A DNA stretch of 64,000 nucleotides from Candidatus Saccharimonadia bacterium (GCA_036488585.1 DASXHH010000008.1:3069-67068); one strand, 5' to 3'; numbered from the stretch's first letter, positions 1 through 10,700 are shown. Notes: generated by a model from the letters alone, not told the origin. Translations and numbers: made by a program.

Positions 1-293
1 GTCGTGCTTGCCCCAGCAGTCGAGGAGCCGAGTGTTGCCGACCTCGATGTAAGAATTGTGCTCGCCTGCGCAGGCACAGCAATAAACATGGTCGACATCA
101 GTGAGGCCAATCCGGCCCATACACCTATCCGTTTGAGTACCCCAGCATAGTGGGCTCGAAGGATCTCTCCTCTCGTCCTCATAATTACACTCTTTCCTTT
201 TTAAGCTATTGCACTAATTACCCTCAGCCTAGCATAAGCTTTATGTGACAGTCAATCACTTTTTACAACACCCTGAACAGAGGCTGAACCCAC

Positions 294-1175
294 CTAGTAG
301 GTCCCTGTAGCCACCAGTGTCATGCTACCCGAATACCCACCACTTGGAGTTAGCGTCGATATGTTAGCCAAAAAAGTCACTGTGTAATCGGTTTCCCCGG
401 AGCTCTTTGGTCCCGAAGCCACCGTCTCACCGGAAACATATCGATAGGCTGCCGATAGTCCACCCACTGTGTAGGGACGTGTGGAGCCGTAGGTCCCGGT
501 GATGCCATCACCTGCCACGCCATAACAAAAACCTGTAGCCTGACAAGCCGGATCTGCGGAACCCGGCACCGGGTCCACCGGGCTCCGATCGGCTACCAGG
601 TTTATACCAAACTGCTCAGTTCCTACAGCCGACCCGCAACCCCACGCATTACCACATGTAGCCGTCGTGATGGCAGTAAGATTATGACCACTGTACGAAG
701 GCGTGGAACCTATCGCTTGCACTACGTAACCCGACGATGTGTAATCACTCACTGAAAAGGAAGCAGTCTTAGTAGTCGCTACAGCCGTAGAGAGCACGCC
801 AAAGTTAATTGATGCGGTGTTAATAGAAAGCATAAGGCCCGGCTGTGCGGTGGTATCGAACCCCGCATTGCTCTGGTAGTTACTCGAAGCCGAGTTGCCT
901 ACCGTCGCCTCACCCAGACTCGAGCCGCCATCGTCGGTGGCCGGGTTTAGTGAGTAGTTCGACGATGCACCACAGGTATATACCCCAGACACCTGCGAGC
1001 AACCGTTGCCGCCCACCTCGGTCTCGGTAGCGCTGTAGTTACTGGAGGTCATGGTGGGATCCGACGCGCTAAACGCTCCGCCAGCCGTCGCCAGCACTAG
1101 GCAAGCACCAATTACAAGCTGTCGTCTCCATCCACGCATTACACCCATCTTGCCGCATTTTGACGCTCTGTGCAA
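294..1175 (-). CDS. Secreted surface protein with N-terminal signal peptide and a C-terminal tail (…SGSMTLVATGTY) related to the WxL-like paralog family at 17260-20945
   Basis: N-terminus MHRASKCGKMGVMRGWRRQLVIGACLVLATAGGAFSA reads as a signal peptide. The mature protein is Ser/Thr/Gly-rich with SSNY repeats like the 19887-20945 protein. Its C-terminal block TDYTVTF…YSGSMTLVATGTY resembles the DYTDTLTVVGAG[YN]F tails. Confidence 0.5.
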   Translation of the reverse strand: MHRASKCGKMGVMRGWRRQLVIGACLVLATAGGAFSASDPTMTSSNYSATETEVGGNGCSQVSGVYTCGASSNYSLNPATDDGGSSLGEATVGNSASSNYQSNAGFDTTAQPGLMLSINTASINFGVLSTAVATTKTASFSVSDYTSSGYVVQAIGSTPSYSGHNLTAITTATCGNAWGCGSAVGTEQFGINLVADRSPVDPVPGSADPACQATGFCYGVAGDGITGTYGSTRPYTVGGLSAAYRYVSGETVASGPKSSGETDYTVTFLANISTLTPSGGYSGSMTLVATGTY

Positions 1176-1243
1176 TCCGCTTGCGCTTGCGTGACAACTC
1201 GACCATAAGCGGTATAATAATGGCGTATTAATGTATCAACCCA

Positions 1244-2149
1244 ATGCCGCCCAGCCAGGCGCCCGATAATCAATCTCCCAAGCCACGAAAGAACAAGAGT
1301 TGGGACACCCTCAAAACCCGTGCCAACGCTGGCGCTAGTATCGCCGCGCTGTTTATTTTTCTGGCGGGCTGTGGTGCCGCTATCGGTTATTACTACGCAC
1401 AGTCAAAGAAATCCCCTGCTCAACCGCAATCGACCATCCAGACTCTCTCATCCCAGGACATCGAGAGGCTCAACGAAATCGGTGCCAATCTCGGCAGTGC
1501 CGGCCAGAAGCTAAACGTGGGCGCCGACGCGCTCTTCCGCGGCAAGGCCGATGTCACCGGCGATCTGACTGTAGGCGGCCGGCTCAACGCCAACGGACCG
1601 GTCACGCTCAGCCAGCTCAACATCACTGGCAACACTGCCGCCTCCGGCCTCAACGTTGGCTCCAACCTCAACGTTACGGGCAACACCACTTTCGGTGGCA
1701 CCCTCACCGTCAACAAGCTCACCACCGTCAACTCCAACCTTAACGTCTCTGGCAACGCCAGCGTCGGCGCGCTCAGCGCCACCTCCATTGCCGTCCGCAG
1801 CATCACCATCTCCGGCCCGCTCACCATTTCGCACCTGGTCAGCCAGGGCACCGTCCCGTCCGCCGCCGCCCTCAGCGTCGGCGGCGGCGGCACTGTCTCC
1901 ATCTCTGGTAATGACACCACGGGCCAGGTCGACGTTAACACCGGCTCCGGTCCTGGCTCCGCCCTAGCCCAAGTCACCTTCCGCGCTGCCTACAGCGGCA
2001 CCGTTCACGTGCAGCTCACTCCCCTCACTGCGGACGCGGCCACTTCCGGCTACTACGTCATACCCAACGGCGGTTCCGGTTTCCAGGTCCATGCCGTAAA
2101 TCCGCCACCGGGCAAGACCCTCCAGTTCGACTATCTTGTAATGCAATAA
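1244..2149 (+). CDS. Membrane-anchored (N-terminal TM) beta-helix/solenoid-repeat protein with a C-terminal H-type-lectin-like domain
   Basis: Basic N-terminus then a TM helix (SIAALFIFLAGCGAAIGYYYA). Short Gly/Asn/Thr repeats follow (LNVxGNxxxxGxLxV…). C-terminal VTFRAAYSGTVHVQLTPL…SGFQVHAV…FDYLVMQ parallels the Helix pomatia agglutinin pattern ITFxxP(Y/F)xxPVV…SxTGF…SW(I/V). It is a paralog of 23375-24439. Confidence 0.5.
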   Translation: MPPSQAPDNQSPKPRKNKSWDTLKTRANAGASIAALFIFLAGCGAAIGYYYAQSKKSPAQPQSTIQTLSSQDIERLNEIGANLGSAGQKLNVGADALFRGKADVTGDLTVGGRLNANGPVTLSQLNITGNTAASGLNVGSNLNVTGNTTFGGTLTVNKLTTVNSNLNVSGNASVGALSATSIAVRSITISGPLTISHLVSQGTVPSAAALSVGGGGTVSISGNDTTGQVDVNTGSGPGSALAQVTFRAAYSGTVHVQLTPLTADAATSGYYVIPNGGSGFQVHAVNPPPGKTLQFDYLVMQ

Positions 2150-2151
2150 CA

Positions 2152-2186
2152 AACGAAGAGCTGCACATGAAGTGTGGCTCTTCGTT
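2152..2186. terminator. Hairpin between the convergent genes 1244-2149(+) and 2185-2391(-), a possible bidirectional terminator
   Basis: 10-bp stem aacgaagagc (2152-2161) pairs with gctcttcgtt (2177-2186) around a 15-nt loop. There is only a weak T-run. Confidence 0.3.
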
Positions 2187-2391
2187 AAGCTTTATGAGTC
2201 TTCAGCTCAATAATCTCTTCGGCCCGACGGTTCTCCAACCGCTTCATGCCGTTCAGCTCTAGCTCGAGCTTAGCAATCCGCGTCTTGAGCGCCCGAAATT
2301 GCCGGTCGTTGGCCGCAAACCCCTGACGTATCTGCTCCCCCAACGCCGAAAACTCGTGCTTAATCTGCTCATCCATAGAAGTTGCCTGCAC
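2185..2391 (-). CDS. Small charged coiled-coil hypothetical protein (68 aa) at the distal end of the giant surface-protein operon
   Basis: ORF with heptad-like charged sequence (…RALKTRIAKLELELNGMKRLENRRAEEIIELK). No recognisable homology. Confidence 0.3.
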   Translation of the reverse strand: MQATSMDEQIKHEFSALGEQIRQGFAANDRQFRALKTRIAKLELELNGMKRLENRRAEEIIELKTHKA

Positions 2392-2459
2392 CCCCGCTTC
2401 TATTTCAGTATCCCCTCATCTCTAAAACTATGCTACCAACAAAAACCGTAAAAACAATA

Positions 2460-5400
2460 CTACTGCGCGGTATCAAGCAAGCAACCGTTCGCGATCACAC
2501 GGTTACAACCTGTGTTCGTAAACGACGCCCCGTGCCGCAGTCGCCGACCCGGGTTGGGGTGGTAGAAGATGTTAATGTCGGTAGCCACACTTCCGGTATC
2601 GGGGAATGTCCCCGTGTATTGGTCGTCAATTGTCAAAAAGATGTAGTAGTTAAACGCGATACCCACATCCGTACCAGAGCCATCTAGCGCCTTCAGGAAG
2701 TAAAACTTGTTCGCATAGTCCGGCACGATGTTCTGCGGCACGCCAAACGTCGTCGAACCAACCGCCGCCGTGCGCATCGTCACCACGTACTGACCGGTAC
2801 CGTTCACCTGCACCAGCGTCGGCGAGGTGTTCACCTCGGTGTTGAACATCTTCGAGTAGTGCCCCTTACGCGCCTCGGCCTTCTGGCCCACATAGTCCAC
2901 ATTCGTTATGGCCGACGAGCAGGTCCCGCTGCTCAACGTGCAGCCACCTACCAGATAGAAAAACCCATCGTTAAACGCTACCGCACCGTGGGCGTGAGCG
3001 TTGGGCATTCCCACACTTGACGCTCGGGACATCTGCCCCAACGTATTGTTAGCATTAATCGGCGCGAACTGCACCTCCGTAGCCGAGTTCTCATCGCCAA
3101 AGAAGTACATAAACCCATTCGCCCCTACCATCGGCCGTGCCCGCCCATTCAGATCCTGGTAGTTCGTATACTTGAAGGCGTGGAGCGAACCGTCCGTATT
3201 CAATGTGGCGTACTGGATATCACCGAGATTATTTGTGCCATCGTAGCCTCCTGAAACATACAAAGCAGACGCATAACCCATAGCGCTCAAATCAAATCTA
3301 GTAGTAGAAAAATTATTGCTGCTTGTGCACCAAGTGTTGGTAAGGGTACCGTCACTGCACACCGGCGACAACACAGGACCCGACTCGCTCATTTCCGTGT
3401 ATAGCACATCGCTCTTAGATGTTGTGCATACTCCACTGGTAGCCGCCGTGCAACCACCGGCCACATACATATAACCTCCGGATGTGGAGATACCAAACGC
3501 TCTCCTTCCTGTCGGCAGAAACCCGCTGGTGCTCTGAGCAGATGTATCGGTCCATCCCGTAATCACTCCAGTCGTGCTCAAAGTCGCATACAGCACCGAA
3601 TTATCAAACGGACTACTCGGAGTGGAGCCACCTACTATGTAGATCCTGCCCGAGTAGCCAATCGCACCGCCCAGCGCCCGGCCGGTGGCCAATTGTTGAT
3701 CTACTGTGTTATCCGTAGCTGTCCATGAACCTAAGGATCCGTCAGCGTTAATGGTGGCATGCTGGACCGCCGTCGACCAGGCCGAGCAGTTTCCCGATGT
3801 ATATGCCGTGCAACCGCCAATAATATACAAGTTACCGTTGTACGCCACGCTCATCAGGTCCGACCTCGCCGGGGATAGCGCTGTTCCGGTAGACCAGGCG
3901 TTCCCCGGCGATGTGGTCACCAGACTGGTCAGCCCTGTGCCGCCATTAATGGCACTGGCATACTCCGCCGAGGCCAAATAGGTCGTACACGGGTTGGTAA
4001 CTACCGAGCACCCTCCTACCGCGTATAATCTACCCCCCGAGCTCACCGCCCCCGCCCCCCACCGCGCCGTCGTCAATGTGCGTGCACTAGTATTCCAGGC
4101 CGTCACGTTGCCACTCGCATCCAAGGTGCCAAACGAAACCGCATTGCTCACGGCGGGTGTACCCGCAGTATTAATGCCACCAAACAGATAGATAACGCTT
4201 TTTAATACTGTCGCACCCACAAACTTATGGCCTACTGATGTAGACGATAATGAGGCCTGGCCCGTAGAGGAAAACGCTCCCACATACCCATCCGCACTGC
4301 TTATCGCGGCCCTTTGAGTATCGCTCAGTGCGTTGCCGCTCCCGTCCACACCGGCGACCAGATACAAATACCCATAGTAGGCCACTCCACCAAATCCATA
4401 TCTCGCCGTCGTGAACGTATTGCCGACCTTGCACCAGTTATTGGTGAGGGTCCCGCCGTTGGCCACACAGTTCGTCGGGCTGGCAAACGTCCCTGCCCCG
4501 GTAACCTGCGTATACTCCACGGTATTGAAAGGCCCACCCGTTCCGGTCCCACCCATAATGTAGATGTAATTCTGATATGTCACGGCCGAAAGCCAATACC
4601 TGGGCGACGAAAACGTATTGGTCTCGGTGGTCCAGGAAGTAATGCTGCCCGAGCTTGGCGTCGCAGAATAAACTGCTGTCGAGCCGGCTGTCGATCCAGA
4701 ACCGGTCCCGCCCAGGAAGTACACCTTGCCGCCAAATGCCGCCAGCGCACCGCCATACTTCACCGCCGGCAAGCCGGTCTGGGCTGTCCACGTCCCCACC
4801 GTACCGTCATCATTTATTGGCGCCGAATCGACATTAGTAAGCGCCGTGCCACAGTTCGTCCCATTGCAACCACCCGCAACGTACAGGTAGCCGTCATAAG
4901 CCAATGTTGCCGCACCATCGCGCGCGGTAGCCACACTACCTCCCGAAGCGGGGCTCTTCAGGTCACCGGGGTAGGTAACCGAACTGTTAATCGTGGCGTT
5001 GATAATTGCGTATTGCGAATCCCCTAGCGCCGCAAAGCAGTTGTTGTTGTTGTTTGGTTCGCTGGTGCACCCTCCGATCGAATACAACACACCATTATAA
5101 GCGGCCACACTATTGTAGAACCGCGCCGTAGTGATATTCGTGGACGTGTCCCACTGCCCTACGGTCCCGTCGGAGTTCACCACCGCAAAATAAGTTCCAT
5201 TCAACAGACTCGAGCACGGCACTGTAGAGGCACACCCACCCACGAGATAGATATACCCATCCTCCACATCCAATCCCCCACTCCGCCAACCAGTCGGAAG
5301 TACATTCGCAAATGCGGTAGTAGTAGCCCAGGTCGCAAGCGAGTTATCGTTCTGGATAGTCACGTACTGCACATCGGTGAGGACGGAACCACTGTAACCA

Positions 5401-7070
5401 CCGGCAATATACAGGTAGCCGTTGTACGAGACCATCGCGAACCGGTCGCGGCCGGTAGTGAAGCTACTAGCCGTACACCAGTTGGTCGCCGTCCCCGACA
5501 ATGTACAGCCGGCACTCGGCTTGGTCAGTGTCCCGTCCGAGTTGATCTGGGTGTATTCGCAGGTATTTGTGAGCGTACCATTGTTCTTGGCTAGCGCGCC
5601 ACCGCAGACATAAAAGTAACCGTTGTACTCGGCCGCTCCCATGTACGCCCGGGCAAAACCGATGGCATTACCCGAAATATCCGACCAGGCGTTGGGAATA
5701 TCACCGTTACTCCCCACCTGCGCGGATTCCACATCCTTGTACCGCGTACCACCGTTAGCGTTCTCACCTCCGATCACATACAGGTAACCGTTGAACCCCA
5801 ACAGCGCCGTGCCGGTGCGACCAAGAGTAAAGTGGTTAGTCGCCACATTCCAGGTGCCCAACGTTCCGTTGCTTTGAATCTGTGTGTAGCACACATAGGT
5901 TCCCGAACCGTCACCGCCTCCGGCCAAATAAAGGTAGCCGTTATAAGCAGTTAGACCGAAGTTGTAATCGGCGCCAGCCGAAGAGCAGCCGGTCGGCAGA
6001 CTGCCGCTCACCGCTGTGTTCCACGAGCTCACCAAACCGCCCGTAATTGGCGCGCGATTCAGCTGACCGTCGGTGCCGCTGGGGGTCGTTAGAGTCAGGT
6101 TATCCTCCACCTTGCCGAGCAAGAAGTCCGACGTGCTGGTGATCACGAACGACGGGTCTATGCTCAGCGGATATGCCGCCTTCGAGAACCCGGTCGCCAC
6201 CACGGTCAATGTGTTGCCGTTCAGCACGAAATGCGCCTTCACGCCGTGGGTACCACCATCCGCTTGATTCACCACGGGCGCCGGGATCTCGAACATCAGG
6301 TAGGTCTTATCGGCCTTCTTGCGCGCGTCCATCACCTTCGCGCGGTCCTTATCGGTCGAGAAACTAATGTTTCCAAACAGTGCCGGATCGCCCGAAAACA
6401 CCCCCACGGCCCCGTTAGCCAGTAGCCGCGCCTGCAGACCGTCGTCCAACTTCAACTGGTAATCGTACTTCACCCGATCACCCACTGTCCGGTCGAGCAC
6501 GATGTCTTCCTTCACCCCGTTGCCCTTAGGGGTAAGTGCCAGTACTCCGGGGTTGTCACTGAGCGGGTACAACACCCGGTTGCCCACCTTGCGTCCGTCC
6601 ATCAGCGAGTACTGCGGCGTCATCGTCGCCGACACCTGGTGCTGCGTATCGGTGAGCTTGATACCCGCGTCGGCTTTGGTCGGGAGCTTGGCCGAGTACG
6701 GCTCTTTCTTGCTATCGCTGCCCACGCGTACCATACCGTCGTCGCCCGCCGGCGACTGGCCATCCTTATTGAAGTACACCGCGTCGTCCTTCTGGTCGTA
6801 CTTGAGCTGCCCACCCAGTTGGTCGCTCGCGTGGGTCATCACCTTCGTCTCGTCGTCGAACAGATGGTACCGCGCCTCGCCCTGCATATACCCAAGCACC
6901 GGCGCCACCATGCCGCCGACCGTCACACCAATCACCAGGGCATGCAACGGTTTGCGCACGTCCACCTGTCGCACATTTTTCCTAACCCAACCCAGCCACC
7001 GGCCATTTTGAGGCCAGGTAGCAGGGAGCAAATGTGTCACAAATCCTTCAAGCCAAAGCTTAGGTGTCAC
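2460..7070 (-). CDS. Giant (1536 aa) membrane-anchored Kelch-repeat protein, with roughly 17 Kelch blades arranged as about three beta-propellers
   Basis: N-terminal hydrophobic anchor (ALVIGVTVGGMVAPVLGY). At least 17 repeats carry the Kelch signature hydrophobic-Y-x-x-GG with a W about 20-25 residues after, e.g. NGYLYVIGG, YNGYFYVCGG, YNGYLYIAGG, DGYIYLVGG, YDGYLYVAGG, SGRIYIVGG, DGFFYLVGG. Confidence 0.7.
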   Translation of the reverse strand: MTPKLWLEGFVTHLLPATWPQNGRWLGWVRKNVRQVDVRKPLHALVIGVTVGGMVAPVLGYMQGEARYHLFDDETKVMTHASDQLGGQLKYDQKDDAVYFNKDGQSPAGDDGMVRVGSDSKKEPYSAKLPTKADAGIKLTDTQHQVSATMTPQYSLMDGRKVGNRVLYPLSDNPGVLALTPKGNGVKEDIVLDRTVGDRVKYDYQLKLDDGLQARLLANGAVGVFSGDPALFGNISFSTDKDRAKVMDARKKADKTYLMFEIPAPVVNQADGGTHGVKAHFVLNGNTLTVVATGFSKAAYPLSIDPSFVITSTSDFLLGKVEDNLTLTTPSGTDGQLNRAPITGGLVSSWNTAVSGSLPTGCSSAGADYNFGLTAYNGYLYLAGGGDGSGTYVCYTQIQSNGTLGTWNVATNHFTLGRTGTALLGFNGYLYVIGGENANGGTRYKDVESAQVGSNGDIPNAWSDISGNAIGFARAYMGAAEYNGYFYVCGGALAKNNGTLTNTCEYTQINSDGTLTKPSAGCTLSGTATNWCTASSFTTGRDRFAMVSYNGYLYIAGGYSGSVLTDVQYVTIQNDNSLATWATTTAFANVLPTGWRSGGLDVEDGYIYLVGGCASTVPCSSLLNGTYFAVVNSDGTVGQWDTSTNITTARFYNSVAAYNGVLYSIGGCTSEPNNNNNCFAALGDSQYAIINATINSSVTYPGDLKSPASGGSVATARDGAATLAYDGYLYVAGGCNGTNCGTALTNVDSAPINDDGTVGTWTAQTGLPAVKYGGALAAFGGKVYFLGGTGSGSTAGSTAVYSATPSSGSITSWTTETNTFSSPRYWLSAVTYQNYIYIMGGTGTGGPFNTVEYTQVTGAGTFASPTNCVANGGTLTNNWCKVGNTFTTARYGFGGVAYYGYLYLVAGVDGSGNALSDTQRAAISSADGYVGAFSSTGQASLSSTSVGHKFVGATVLKSVIYLFGGINTAGTPAVSNAVSFGTLDASGNVTAWNTSARTLTTARWGAGAVSSGGRLYAVGGCSVVTNPCTTYLASAEYASAINGGTGLTSLVTTSPGNAWSTGTALSPARSDLMSVAYNGNLYIIGGCTAYTSGNCSAWSTAVQHATINADGSLGSWTATDNTVDQQLATGRALGGAIGYSGRIYIVGGSTPSSPFDNSVLYATLSTTGVITGWTDTSAQSTSGFLPTGRRAFGISTSGGYMYVAGGCTAATSGVCTTSKSDVLYTEMSESGPVLSPVCSDGTLTNTWCTSSNNFSTTRFDLSAMGYASALYVSGGYDGTNNLGDIQYATLNTDGSLHAFKYTNYQDLNGRARPMVGANGFMYFFGDENSATEVQFAPINANNTLGQMSRASSVGMPNAHAHGAVAFNDGFFYLVGGCTLSSGTCSSAITNVDYVGQKAEARKGHYSKMFNTEVNTSPTLVQVNGTGQYVVTMRTAAVGSTTFGVPQNIVPDYANKFYFLKALDGSGTDVGIAFNYYIFLTIDDQYTGTFPDTGSVATDINIFYHPNPGRRLRHGASFTNTGCNRVIANGCLLDTAQ

Positions 7071-7120
7071 TCACAACTCCTTACCATAAGCTTAATGGTT
7101 CAGAGTCTCAGAATCAAACG

Positions 7121-7726
7121 CTACTGGGCTTTGCTCACCGGCATCATAGCTGCCAGCAACTTGGCCCACTTGTCGTACGACAGGATCTCTCCTGCTTGCC
7201 CAAACATCAAAATGTCATCGTTCGCATAAATCACCGTGTCTGCACCATTCGCCGGCACTCCATTCGTTAGCGTAGTCCGGAAATACGCTTTTCCCTTCCC
7301 TGCCGGCTCACTCATAGTCACATTCGACTGGCTAATAAATTGATTAAACTTCGCCGACGTGTCCCACGGCTTGAGTTCATCCGGCATCACTTGCTGGCTA
7401 ATCGTCACTATCGTGCCACCCGTTAACTTCATCTGGTAGTCCACTACCCCCCTCGAAGCATCAAACACCGGCGATTTGGGATCAAAAGTCCAATCCGGGC
7501 TCGCGGCCGGCACCCAGAAAGTAAAGCTGGCTTTGCTCGCGTCCTTCACCACTGTCAACGTGCCCTGCTGCACCTTCTGATTATTTAGGGAGATGCTCGG
7601 CAGATGGATATGCAACAACGAGGCCACCTCCCCCACCAGGTTCACAAAACCCACCACCAGCAACAGCGCCAGGACTGCCCCGATCACTCGCCACTTTTTT
7701 GGAATCTCTTTCAACACATTCAACAC
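7121..7726 (-). CDS. Membrane-anchored hypothetical protein (201 aa) sitting between the two giant genes
   Basis: N-terminal TM (WRVIGAVLALLLVVGFVNLV) then a soluble domain. Same strand as both giants with short gaps to each. Confidence 0.5.
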   Translation of the reverse strand: MLNVLKEIPKKWRVIGAVLALLLVVGFVNLVGEVASLLHIHLPSISLNNQKVQQGTLTVVKDASKASFTFWVPAASPDWTFDPKSPVFDASRGVVDYQMKLTGGTIVTISQQVMPDELKPWDTSAKFNQFISQSNVTMSEPAGKGKAYFRTTLTNGVPANGADTVIYANDDILMFGQAGEILSYDKWAKLLAAMMPVSKAQ

Positions 7727-7738
7727 GTATCTAGTGTA

Positions 7739-10700
7739 CTACTTACCCTTCATGCTGAAGGTGATCCGCCCGGCGTATGAGAAGGCGTTGTTCTTGGACG
7801 ACATATCAACCCGGAAAATGATGATGTCTCCTGGTGAGAACCCGCAGGTGTTAGGATCGGTTGCATATGATACTGTCTGCCACGTGTTCGCGGAAGTCGT
7901 AACATTAGTGGATGTCCCACAAGCAGCACCGCTGTTCTCGAATACCGAGTACGCGACATCTGCATCGGTGGTCGACGAGACCCGGCCCACCATCTTCAGC
8001 GTAGTCGAGTTCAGGAACCCGCCGAAGGTCGGCGGCAACTGGTACTTCACATAAATGCTATAGGTCTGAGCAGACACCTGTGAAGTCGTCCACTGGTAGT
8101 AGTTGAACTCCTCACCACTGTTAGCGCATAAGGTCGCGTTGATGCCCTGGGCGTTCGAGCAGATGTTGGCGGTCATGGTACCGATGTGCGTGTCCGTACC
8201 CACACCCGGGTTCAACACAGCGCCGGCGTATTCGGGCTCGAGAATCAGGTTCGAGTCAGGTGCAGCACCACATGAACCCCAGCCGTCCTTCTCATAGCAC
8301 TGGATGCGGCCAAGCGTAGTGCTGTAGTACATGGAACCGAGCATGTTCTGGTTCACAGCACCCGCGACCGGATCGTTGGCAAAAGAGTCGAGCTGGAAGA
8401 TGGTGAGACCCTGGCTCAAGGGACCACCCACCTGGAGCTCACCAGTGTTTAACGAACCCGAAGTGCTTTGGGCGCCGACAAACAAGTTGTCGATGTACAG
8501 GTGGCGCGTAGTAGCATCAGCTGCACGTATGCGGATGTGGTTGGCTGTAGTCTTCGCGGTCGCAGAGGTTGTGAAGTAGCAGGTCCACTTGAAGAACCCA
8601 GTGGTGGTAATGGTGCCGTTGTCCGGGGTGGTGCAAGTGGCGTCTAGGTTAGTGGCGTCTCTGTAGTACTCCACGATCAGGTTAGCATTGGTCGGCGCCG
8701 AGGTCCCGGCCTTGATGTTGAACGATACGTTGTACAGCTGACTAGTGGACAAAGCAGTGCCACTCAGGTCGTTGTCAGCGCCGCCGGCCCCAGTAAGGCT
8801 AATGTCTAGAGATCCAGTACCCGATGCCAGATTAGTGGCAGATATATTTCGTAACAACGAAGCGCTTCCGGTCGCGGTCCAGCCGGTCGTACCCGTACCC
8901 TCAAGGCCGCTGTTGTCGGCCAGGTTGGCACCCGTAGCGGTGTTAGTGGTGTCAACGTGCAGTACCGGAGCAGCCAAGCTGTTACCAATCTGGAACAGGT
9001 TGGCGTTGTCGTAACCAACACCCGCCTGGAAAAGCAGGTTCTTGGTGGCAGAAGTGGTGATAATGCCGGCCGGCGCTGTTGAGGTGTTGTCGTAAACCTG
9101 CTGCAACGAGGACGCAGTAGTGGTACCACTCCAGTTAGTTCCGTTCCAGATCAAAGTCGAGGTGTTACCGGCTCCCATGTTCACGCTCGAGGTCATACCG
9201 AACGCAGACAATGTAAATGACCCTGATCCAGAAGCCGCTGAAACCAAAACGATATGGCCCGGTGTGGTATTGGTCGGCGCCGGCAGGCTAACGATAGCGC
9301 CCGTAAAGGCCCCAGTCGTTACATTCACGACGATCGTGCCGTAGGTATCTACATCGGACTGGCTGACGTTGAAGGTCTGGGGGCTGCTGGACTGAGTAAA
9401 GCTCTCGCTATTCGAATTGAAGACCGGCGAGCCTAGGCTCACGATACCAGGCGAACCCGTGCCATGCGCTGTCCCAGCCGTCAGCGAAATGCTTCCGCCA
9501 GCGTTGTTGTTGGCCAGGGCGTTACCGCCCTGCAGTGTAATACTACCGCCTGCGCCCTGGCTACTAGCAGCACCGGAGCCGCCGTTGGTCGCCGCGATAA
9601 CCACTAATCCGCCCGCACCGCTCGAGCCCGCCGCACCGCCGGTCACGTGGACCGTACCACCGTTGCCGGTCCCCGCTCCGGCACCACCCACGACGTTCGA
9701 GTCGCCACCGGCCGTGTTACCGCCACCACCGGCGCCACCGGTCAGAGATGCCACACCGCCCGCGCCAGTTGTACCGCCGGCTCCAGCCACCAACACCAGG
9801 TTACCACCCGCGCCAGTGCCATTGCCGGCCGCCGACCGCACCGTCAGCTTGTTGCCAGCCGTGTTGGTCGCCGTCTGGTCATCCACCGCCAACACCCGGT
9901 CGGCACCAACCCCAAACTGCAAATCTATCCCACTCTGTACCGCAGGGTTGGTCGCCGTCCCGCCCACATTTATGCCCAATCCATAGCTCGTCACCGTCAA
10001 GATCGAGGCCCCCAGCGTATCACCCGTCTGTGCCGCCCGTACTCCAAACAATTCCTGGCCCGCGCTCATGCCCGACGAGATCGCCGACTGCACCGTCACC
10101 GCCTTGTTGGTCAACGTTTCCAAAATACTTGGCTGCGCACCGGCCGAGTTGTTATAGGCATCCTGCAGCTTCACTACGCTACCGGCCGAATTGAACGTCG
10201 TCGTCCAGTTGGAGCCATCATAGATCAGCATGATGATGTTACCTACCGGCACCGACTGACCCACTACCGTTATCGCACTGGTGGAAGCCACCAGATTGCT
10301 GATGTAAATGATCGAACCCGCCCCCGCCGTTGGTGTACCAATAGATGCAGATGTAAGCGTGGTCGTCCCTGTATCGGTAATCGTAAACGTCGTACAATCA
10401 TTCACGCTCTTAGGGGAGGTGAAAGATAATGTACCGGACGCGCCCGTGTACGCGCACACTACATTCTGCGTGGCACCATTGTTCTTAAATAAGGTCGACG
10501 AGCCAGTCGATCCCACTGTCACGCTATTATTGGCGATCAAATTGCCGGTCACGCCGCTAATCGTCACAGCCGTCGACAACGAGTTGGCTGACGAGCCAGT
10601 AGAGCCAGGCTTCGCAATCTTAAAGTTAATGTCGCCACCGTTGCCAGTACCGGTGCCGATCCCGCCGGCTATCGTAAAGCTGGCCCCAGCGATATTACTT

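Noticed and set aside
1320-1977. ORFs 1320-1514(+), 1420-1977(-), 1511-1834(-), 1656-1967(+) overlapping the 1244-2149 gene
   Set aside because: They are alternative-frame or antisense artefacts of the repeat-rich beta-helix gene. The 1244-2149 frame alone gives a TM anchor plus a recognisable C-terminal domain.
3706-7270. Plus- and minus-strand short ORFs nested in the Kelch gene (e.g. 4314-5027, 4438-4791, 6502-7011, 6639-7229)
   Set aside because: Same reasoning. They are nested in a continuous 4.6-kb ORF with consistent Kelch periodicity. The nested ORFs have low-complexity Arg/Pro composition.
9450-9900. Possible CRISPR or other non-coding repeat array suggested by the quasi-periodic GC-rich sequence
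   Set aside because: The periodicity is irregular (Gly codon runs GGC/GGT/GCC). There are no spacer-repeat alternations of fixed length. The tract is in-frame inside a protein-coding gene. There are no cas genes in the window.
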